DNA of 64,000 nt from NCBI GenBank assembly GCA_043803815.1, contig JAZDJR010000004.1:1-64000 (forward strand), given 5' to 3'. The first letter of the stretch is position 1; each line of letters begins with the position of its first letter. A model generated the notes under the pieces. The model had not been told where the DNA came from, searched no databases, and saw nothing but the letters and a program-made list of their open reading frames with translations. A program made the translations under genes and the position numbers. The stretch is from Candidatus Micrarchaeota archaeon. GTDB taxonomy: Archaea > Iainarchaeota > Iainarchaeia > Iainarchaeales > JAGVWC01. Shown here piece by piece: positions 56,905 through 64,000 of this stretch.

Positions 56905-58390
56905 AGGAGGTGATCCGTCCGCAGGTTCCCCTACGGACACCTTGTTACAACTTAGCCCAACTCACAAAATTCAGAATCAATTCATCCTCTCTCGAGGGTG
57001 AAGTTCATCCAAACTCTACTCGTTTGGCTTGATGGGCGGTGTGTGCAAAGCTCAGGGACTTATTCACCGCGTGATTATGACGCGCGATTACTGGGGATTC
57101 CAGCTTCACGAGGCCGAGTTACAGACCTCGATCCGAACTGAGGATAAGTTTAGGGGGTTACCGTACGCTTTCGCGCTAGGATCTCATTGTCTTATCCATT
57201 GTATGCCGCGTGTTGCCCAGGAGATTCGGGCCATACAGATCTACCGTTGCCCACTCCTTCCTCAAAGTTACCTTCGCAGTCCGATTAGAGTGCTCCCGCG
57301 AAATTCGCAAGATCGCAACTAATCGCGTGGGTTTCGCCCGTTGCCAGAGTTAACTGGACGCTTTATAGTACGAGCTGACGATGACCATACAACACCTCTC
57401 AGCGTGTCAGGAAAGCCCTTCAGACTGTCCATCATCCTGCTGTCGCCCCTGGTGAATTATCTGGCGTTGTATCCAATTAAACCGCAGCATCCACCCCTTG
57501 TAGTGAGCTCCCGCCAATTCCATTAAGTTTCACTCTTGCGAGCGTACTTCCCAGGCGGCAGACTTAATGCCTTCGCGCCGGCACCCCGTTACCTCGTGGG
57601 TAACAAGACACCTAGTCTGCATCGTTTACGGCTGGGACTAACCGGGTATCTAATCCGGGTCGCTCCCCCAGCTTTCGTCTCTCACCGTCAGGTTCGTTCT
57701 GGTCAAGCGCCTTCGCTACTGGTGGTCCATTCGGGATCACAACATTTCACCGCTACCCCGAACATTCCCTTGACCTCTTCCGACCTCGAGCCTAATCGTA
57801 TCCTTGGCCATTCCGAACGTTAAGCGCTCGGATTTCACCAAGGACGTGTTAGACCGGCTACAGACGCTTTAGGCCCAATATAAGTGGATACCACTTGAGG
57901 GGTACGTATTACCGCGGCGGCTGGCACGTATCTTACCCCCCTCTTATTCGCCAAGCGATTTAGACTTGGCAAAAGCCTCAAAAGAGGCACTCGAAATCCC
58001 CCTATCACGCTTTCGCGCATTGTAAAGGTTTCGCGACTGCTGCACCCCGTAGGGCTAGGGCCCTTATCTCAGTGCCCTTCTCCGGGCTCCATCTTTCAAT
58101 GCCCGTACTGATCGTCGGCTTGGTGGGCCGTTACCCCGCCAACAACCTAATCAGCCGCAGTCCCATCCTAAAGCGAAGACTCCTGCAATTCGGAGTTCAT
58201 ATGACCAATTTCACCTTCCAGTAGAAATTGGCTACGGCGGATTAACCCCAGTTTCCCGGGATTGCCGCCTCTTTAGGGCAGGTTGACTACGTGTTACTGA
58301 GCCGTACGCCACGACCAATGCTTGATCGTATGACTTGCATGGCTAAGTCGGATTTCGATAGCAGTATCCGCCAGCAGGATCAGCTGGAAT
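56905..58390 (-). rRNA. rrs: 16S rRNA, divergent archaeal type
   Basis: Starts ATTCCAGCTGATCCTGC, contains GTGCCAGCCGCCGCGGTAA, ends GGATCACCTCCT. Confidence 0.97.
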
Positions 58391-59246
58391 AACCATACCA
58401 AAAAAGGTATAGTGCTCCAATTGCCTGTCAGCAATTTTGGAACGTATTCGTCCTATGTAGCTCGACATCGATTTTTTCGTTCGCAAAAAATCCGGAAAAC
58501 CGAATCAATTGCGCCGCCAAAAAAATCTCGTGAAAAAACAGATATTGACTGCTTCACTACTTTTTTGTCCTTTGCTTTTTGTACACAACCAGTCTTTCTT
58601 TCAAAAAACCGTTTTTTTGCGTAACAACAAACAAATTGTTTCAAAACCCAATTCCACAAACAGCTTTTCGCATCCAAAACACGGACAAGTCCGCATTTTA
58701 TTTGCAAAAAACTTTCCTTTTCAGAACAAAAAAAAGTTTCATCATTCAAACAAAAAATTTTGTACACCGAAGCGAACAAAGTGTTTTTTGTTTTTCCAAA
58801 ACTTTCTCGTTACTGATAAAGTTTTGCTTGGTCATACCCAAATCGTAATTTGGGTACTCATCAAGGACATGCAAAGCATGCCGAAGGCAAACAACGAAAC
58901 CGTTGCCCCCTCTGTTTGATTCTCCCAAGCCAAGCCGAAGGACAAGCCTAGAGCTTTTTGGTGAATGACGAATCAGACCGCTTTATTCTTGCCGATACAA
59001 AGCAGTAATATACATTATACGGCCTTTAAACTATAAAAAGGTATTCGTCGAATGTACCAAACCCCTGCCAAGACCCAAAAAGCCAAAGGGCTTTAAAAAG
59101 CGCCTTTTTGAGGCTTCAAAACCACAAATTGTCCAATTTAGCCGCAATACCAGCCAAGTTCGAGCGTTTTTTGAGCAGCCAGAGAGTTAGACGTAAATGT
59201 ATAACTATTTTATAGTGGTTCGACCATAGTTTAGTAGTGAAATGAA

Positions 59247-59441
59247 ATGATGACAACAGCCATAGTCAAAAAATGGGGCAATTCGCAGGCCGTTATTATC
59301 GATCGCCAAGTGTCGAAAAAAATGGGGCTTAAAGAAGGACAATCGGTGAAGATTGATATTGAACCTAATGTTCGAATCAGCGCTTTTGGAAAATATAAAT
59401 TCTTATGGCCTATCGAGCGAGACCGTGACCGCGAACTCTGA
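59247..59441 (+). CDS. AbrB/MazE family antitoxin
   Basis: VKKWGNSQAVII...V...MGLKEG..V.I. Confidence 0.88.
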   Translation: MMTTAIVKKWGNSQAVIIDRQVSKKMGLKEGQSVKIDIEPNVRISAFGKYKFLWPIERDRDREL

Positions 59442-59829
59442 AACGCATAACCTGCTTGTTGACAGCTTTGCATGGTTAGAATATTTTAAGTCAACCCCGC
59501 GCGGAGAACTAACAAAAAAATACTTGGATAATTCCAAATACCAACTTTTCACTTTGGACGCCGGTGTAGGAGAGGTCAAATTTTCAGCTGAACGCGCGGG
59601 GGAAAGTTTTGACCCAATCTTCAAAGACATCGCCCGCATGTCCACCATTGTTTCAAGCGACGTTCTCGACTGGTTATCGGCAGCCCAAATCAAATTCGAA
59701 AAACGAAAAAACACGCCCGACATCGGAATCATCGACTGCCTCATAATTCACCATAGCCACAAACTTTCCGCCAAAATCCTGACCGGCGATAACCACTTCA
59801 AAAACGAAAAAAACGCGATATTAATTTGA
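59425..59829 (+). CDS. VapC/PIN toxin
   Basis: VDSFAWLEYF, GE, DCLI and ILTGD.HF motifs; probable GTG start overlapping the antitoxin. Confidence 0.88.
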   Translation: MTANSETHNLLVDSFAWLEYFKSTPRGELTKKYLDNSKYQLFTLDAGVGEVKFSAERAGESFDPIFKDIARMSTIVSSDVLDWLSAAQIKFEKRKNTPDIGIIDCLIIHHSHKLSAKILTGDNHFKNEKNAILI

Positions 59830-59832
59830 AAT

Positions 59833-60159
59833 TCATTTGCCTTTTCGAATTTTTCTTAGGCTTTTGTTGGGCTCTTTTCTTAATGGCAAACGGCCCGCTT
59901 TGATTCTTTGCAGTCGAGCAGCAATAATTCGCTGACCGATTACTGCTTTCCTACGTTCAGTGGCGACCAAGTGAATGTCTTTTTCTCGGCTGTTATATTC
60001 AACGCCCGCTAAGTCCTGCAACTTCATCTCCGCAAGTGTCTGCAAGTTCAACAGACTTCTACTTAATTCATACAATTCGTCCACGGTTTTGGCTGCCAAA
60101 ATAGCCTTGGGAATATCTTTCGGGACTGGTTTGGGAAAGAACGGTTTTTTTCGAGCCAA
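59833..60159 (-). CDS. Hypothetical protein with basic termini
   Basis: MARKKPFFPKP ... RKIRKGK. Confidence 0.6.
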   Translation of the reverse strand: MARKKPFFPKPVPKDIPKAILAAKTVDELYELSRSLLNLQTLAEMKLQDLAGVEYNSREKDIHLVATERRKAVIGQRIIAARLQRIKAGRLPLRKEPNKSLRKIRKGK

Positions 60160-60163
60160 TGCA

Positions 60164-61333
60164 TCACCTTTTTTTCGCCAGTTTCCGGTACGTTTTTTCC
60201 CATTCCAGGCAAACCTGTTCGGAAGAAAACTTTTTGCCTGTTTTTAACGAGTTAACGGCTAATTTTTGGTAAAGCTTTTTGGATTTGAAAATCTTTTCCA
60301 GTTTTTGGGCACAAATGCCGGCTTTGAAAGCCGGAAACAAAAAACCGTTCTGGTTTTCCTTTACCGCGTCCGGAATACCCAAAAAATCGGTTCCAACGCA
60401 AGGCAATCCCGCGGACATTCCTTCAAGAATGGTAAGGCCTTGGGTTTCAATGGTTGACGCCGTAACCATTACGTGGCAGGACGCCACTTTTTTAGCCAAA
60501 TCGTCTTTTCGAAGAATCCCCGTAAACTCGACATGCTTTTCCAAAGCCAAATTCTTGGTCACGCCTTGCAAAAACTGCTTGGCGGGACCGTCACCGACTA
60601 AAACCAATTTAGCAGGAATTTTTTTGGACAACAAAATCTTTAACGCTTCAATCAACACTTCGATGTTTTTTTCAAAACTCAATCTTCCAAAATACACCAA
60701 GCGAAATTCTTTTTTAAAATCCGGCTTTTTTGTTTTGGAAAACCTGTTAAACAAAGAAAACTGCACGGGATTGGAAATCGCCAACGCGGGACAACCATGC
60801 TTTTTCAGTTCGATTGCCATTGGTTCGGTAGGCGTAGTCACTAAATCCGCTTTTTTGTAAAAAAAATTGGTATAATGCCAGGTAATCTGCTTGGCAAGTT
60901 TTGTTTTGTTAAAAATCGGAATCGGCAGGTACATCAAAAAATTCGGAAGCAATGTGTGATACGTTGCAACAACCGGAACCTTGAATTTTTTCCCCAAATT
61001 CAAGCCCATCCAGCCGAGTGAAAACGGAGTATGGCAATGCACCACGTCCGGAGCAAACGCCTTGAACTTTTTTTGCGCGGATAACGAAAACGGAGGCGAA
61101 ACGCGGTACTGGTCGTATTGCAATAACGAAACCGCTGCCACCCACACGACTTCAAAACCCGAAATTTCCGGGACTTTTGAAAAATCCCTTGGTTTTGGGG
61201 CAAAAACCAAAATCGAATGGCCTTGCTTGGAAAGTTCCAACGCGGTTGTTGCAATGCTCGTGACAACGCCGTCAATACTGGGAAAAAAAGAATCCGAAAA
61301 CATCGCGATTTTCAGTTTTTGGCTTTTTGGCAT
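60164..61333 (-). CDS. Glycosyltransferase family 4
   Basis: DSFFP.IDGV, HCHTP, GRL..EKN and ETQGL..LE.M..G.P motifs. Confidence 0.92.
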   Translation of the reverse strand: MPKSQKLKIAMFSDSFFPSIDGVVTSIATTALELSKQGHSILVFAPKPRDFSKVPEISGFEVVWVAAVSLLQYDQYRVSPPFSLSAQKKFKAFAPDVVHCHTPFSLGWMGLNLGKKFKVPVVATYHTLLPNFLMYLPIPIFNKTKLAKQITWHYTNFFYKKADLVTTPTEPMAIELKKHGCPALAISNPVQFSLFNRFSKTKKPDFKKEFRLVYFGRLSFEKNIEVLIEALKILLSKKIPAKLVLVGDGPAKQFLQGVTKNLALEKHVEFTGILRKDDLAKKVASCHVMVTASTIETQGLTILEGMSAGLPCVGTDFLGIPDAVKENQNGFLFPAFKAGICAQKLEKIFKSKKLYQKLAVNSLKTGKKFSSEQVCLEWEKTYRKLAKKR

Positions 61334-61914
61334 ACAATCCAATCCAATTGCGAATCAAACTTTTGGGTATGAATAATAGACAAGCCGACAGCCTTTAATT
61401 TTTTAGGCCACTCGCTTTTCTTAAAATACCTGGGCAAATTCGAATTATACGCCAAACAACTCATGTCAATCAAACGATAACGGATTTTATCCGCGCTGTG
61501 AACCGGCCGAATATCGCGAAACAAAACCAAACCGCCTTTTTTGGTAACGCGCCCCAATTCCTGTAACGCCGCCTCGCGGTCGGGCACATGATGCAACACA
61601 TCAATGCACAACACAACGTCAAAAAAACCGTTTTTAAAAGACAATTTTTCCGCGCTTTGCAGGGACAATTCCACGCCTTTGATTTTGTTGTTCACAAAAT
61701 CCGGCACCACGTCCGTTCCAAAACAAACCGTTTTTGGAAAACAGTGCTTTACAATTGAAATAAACCGTCCCGTTCCAAGACCCGTTTCCAAAACAACCGC
61801 GTCCTTTGGAACCTTGAATTGTTCAAACAATTCCACGATTTCCTCTTCCTCGCGCTTCTCGTTTCCCGCAAAAAAACCCATTCCAAAACGATACAACTTT
61901 TTTTTATCCACCAT
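61312..61914 (-). CDS. Class I SAM-dependent methyltransferase
   Basis: VLETGLGTG, F....FDVV...DVLHH and RV.K.GG motifs. Confidence 0.88.
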   Translation of the reverse strand: MVDKKKLYRFGMGFFAGNEKREEEEIVELFEQFKVPKDAVVLETGLGTGRFISIVKHCFPKTVCFGTDVVPDFVNNKIKGVELSLQSAEKLSFKNGFFDVVLCIDVLHHVPDREAALQELGRVTKKGGLVLFRDIRPVHSADKIRYRLIDMSCLAYNSNLPRYFKKSEWPKKLKAVGLSIIHTQKFDSQLDWIVCQKAKN

Positions 61915-61939
61915 ATTTCAATCACGCATTTTTCATTTA

Positions 61940-62767
61940 TTACCGCTTAAACGAATGCACCAAACGGGTAAAAACCCTGGCGCCCCAGTACGTAAACCAC
62001 TTTAAACGGTTAAAATCCTTGCCATAACCGAAGTTTTCAATCGGACGAAACGTATTCGAACCTCCCGCATTATGCACAATCGGGATTTTTTCTCCGTTAG
62101 GAAGCAAAAATTCGCCGTCTTTAATCGAAAACGGCAACGCACACGTCGTAAAAACAAAATTAAACTTCTTGTCCAATTCCTTAAAACCGTCACGATACAG
62201 GATATAGTTTACCGCCACCTGGTCGGGACCAAACTTGGACTTGTCAATCACCAGTTCGTTAATTTCTTTTGCCAAATTTAGAAACTTTTTGTGCGGAGCA
62301 ACCACGACTCCCGCATTAATCATTTTTTTTCCTTTCAATGTTTTTTTTATTTTTTCAACTGTTTCCTTTGAAAAAAAGTTTTTGGTGAACAGGTCCCCAA
62401 ACGGCAAATTAAAATCCTCGGTCACAGCGCGAAAACTATCCTTGTTTTTTTCGAATAATTCCTTTAAATCCGCCTGGAAAATAATATCCCCGCCATCCGT
62501 TGACAACACCTGGTCGTACGCATGCTTTTCCAGAAAAATGGCCATATCCCGAAACCGAATCGACGTCACATGGCCGTCTCGCTTTCCCTTAACAATAATC
62601 ACGTTTTCCTTGGACAAACGGTCGGATTGCTCTTTGGAAAAGCCATAATCAAGAATTACCACGTCCGTATTGGACAAGTCCACGTTTTCCTTCAGCGATT
62701 TCAGCCAATGATTAGCCAAAAAATCGCCGAATTTCGCATCGCTGCACGTAAAAATCGCGTTTTTCAT
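61940..62767 (-). CDS. Putative GT-A-like glycosyltransferase
   Basis: DGGDIIFQ, INAGV, DQ..VN and IVHNAG motifs. Confidence 0.6.
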   Translation of the reverse strand: MKNAIFTCSDAKFGDFLANHWLKSLKENVDLSNTDVVILDYGFSKEQSDRLSKENVIIVKGKRDGHVTSIRFRDMAIFLEKHAYDQVLSTDGGDIIFQADLKELFEKNKDSFRAVTEDFNLPFGDLFTKNFFSKETVEKIKKTLKGKKMINAGVVVAPHKKFLNLAKEINELVIDKSKFGPDQVAVNYILYRDGFKELDKKFNFVFTTCALPFSIKDGEFLLPNGEKIPIVHNAGGSNTFRPIENFGYGKDFNRLKWFTYWGARVFTRLVHSFKR

Positions 62768-62843
62768 TTTCGTACCAATACAACAAAAACCCGTCAAATT
62801 TAATAGCTATTGTTACAAACTAAAAACAGCCAAGGAAAACCCC

Positions 62844-63923
62844 ATGAAAGTACTTGTAACCGGCGGCGCCGGATACATCGGAAGCACGGTCGCAAACTAC
62901 CTATTAACCCAAAAAGCCGAAGTCGTCATTGTGGACAGCTTGGTTAGCAGTTCCAAAGCAAACATTCCATCCAAAGCCAAATTTTACCCAGCCGACCTGC
63001 TTGATTCCAAAGCACTTGAAAAAGTCTTTTCCAACGAAAAACCCGATAGCGTACTTCACTTTGCAGGTTTCATTCAGGTTGGCGAATCCGTTGCCAACCC
63101 CCTCAAATACTACCACAACAACATCATTGGTTCCATTAACCTGCTTAACGCAATGAAAAAATTCGATTGCGATAAAATCGTTTTTTCCAGCACAGCCGCG
63201 GTTTACGGAAATCCCCTCCAAACCCCGATAACCGAAGACGACCCCCTAAAACCAGTCAATCCCTACGGCCACTCCAAATTAATCGTCGAACAAATGCTTT
63301 CCGACTGCCAAAAAACAGGAATTTTGAATTTTGTTTGCCTGCGCTACTTTAACGCCTGCGGCGCCTCCTTTGGAACCGGCGAAAACCATGTTCCCGAAAC
63401 GCATCTGATTCCACTTGTTTTGCAAAGCCTGCAAAACCCGAAAAAACCGCTTTTTGTATTCGGCAACGACTACGATACTCCCGACGGCACCTGCGTTCGC
63501 GACTATGTCCACGTCGAAGACTTGGCTAGAGCGCATTGGCTTGCATTGCAATTTTTGGTTAACGAAAAAAAATCCGACTATTTTAATTTGGGAAGCGGAG
63601 AAGGCAACAGCGTCCTTGAAATCATTTCCGCGGCAGAAAAAGCAACCGGGAAAAAAATCTCGTTTGAATACAAGGACAAAAGGCCCGGCGACCCGCCTCG
63701 CTTGGTTGCGTCCAACCAAAAAGCTCGCTCAGTGCTCGGCTGGAAACCTGAAAAAACCCTCGACGAAATTTTGGCAAGTGCTTGGCAATGGGAACAATCC
63801 AAAAAAACCCATTTTTCCGACAAGGGCTTTGAATTAAAAGAATCGTTTGTCAAAAAAATGAAAAAACGCGAAAAAATAAAAGGCATCGCCATTAACAGCT
63901 TTGCCAAACGTTACGGACCGTAA
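62844..63923 (+). CDS. galE: UDP-glucose 4-epimerase with atypical C-terminal extension
   Basis: TGGAGYIGS, VGESV..P..YY, YG.SK, LRYFN and DGT.VRDY.HV motifs. Confidence 0.95.
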   Translation: MKVLVTGGAGYIGSTVANYLLTQKAEVVIVDSLVSSSKANIPSKAKFYPADLLDSKALEKVFSNEKPDSVLHFAGFIQVGESVANPLKYYHNNIIGSINLLNAMKKFDCDKIVFSSTAAVYGNPLQTPITEDDPLKPVNPYGHSKLIVEQMLSDCQKTGILNFVCLRYFNACGASFGTGENHVPETHLIPLVLQSLQNPKKPLFVFGNDYDTPDGTCVRDYVHVEDLARAHWLALQFLVNEKKSDYFNLGSGEGNSVLEIISAAEKATGKKISFEYKDKRPGDPPRLVASNQKARSVLGWKPEKTLDEILASAWQWEQSKKTHFSDKGFELKESFVKKMKKREKIKGIAINSFAKRYGP

Positions 63924-64000
63924 AACCGATTCGGCTAATTAAAAAATTATAAAATAAGCAAAAAAATATCTAAAAGTAGTTTGTAAAACCGAAAAAATAA

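Noticed and set aside
53394-58020. ORFs called inside the rRNA operon
   Set aside because: Spurious frames over rRNA genes; no homing-endonuclease intron seen, and 16S length is normal.
1-64000. CRISPR or other regular repeat-spacer array, provirus, integron integrase
   Set aside because: No periodic array, cas, capsid or tyrosine-recombinase gene recognised in the window.

Overview
Chromosomal window from an archaeon. The 16S/23S sequences, BHB-type tRNA intron, NucS and RNase HII with PIP-box tails and TATA boxes support this; a DPANN lineage such as Iainarchaeota is inferred, not verified. It holds a linked 16S-tRNA-Ala-23S operon (minus strand), an intron-containing tRNA-Pro, scattered housekeeping genes (nucS, lysA-like, eno, pyrG, sufS, bacterial-type metK, valS, rnhB, scpB, galE), a cluster of secreted or surface proteins and one IS3-family element. 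The main unexplained pattern is about 11 toxin-antitoxin modules or stubs, plus about 9 ORFans with basic termini, sitting singly right after core genes. Two TA modules are bracketed by diverged, still in-frame duplicates of the host gene 3' end (nucS, scpB). At least five junctions carry a ~40-bp motif CAGC-[GNA-loop hairpin]-CG-N6-CGGAYRGYT with covarying stems, and no integrase is seen in the window. Other oddities are an orphan IS200/IS605 (TnpB-type) right end, a protamine-like 35-aa peptide, a Kunitz-domain lipoprotein and an A1405-U1496 swap in the 16S decoding site. All family calls come from motif recognition by eye; no database searches were run.
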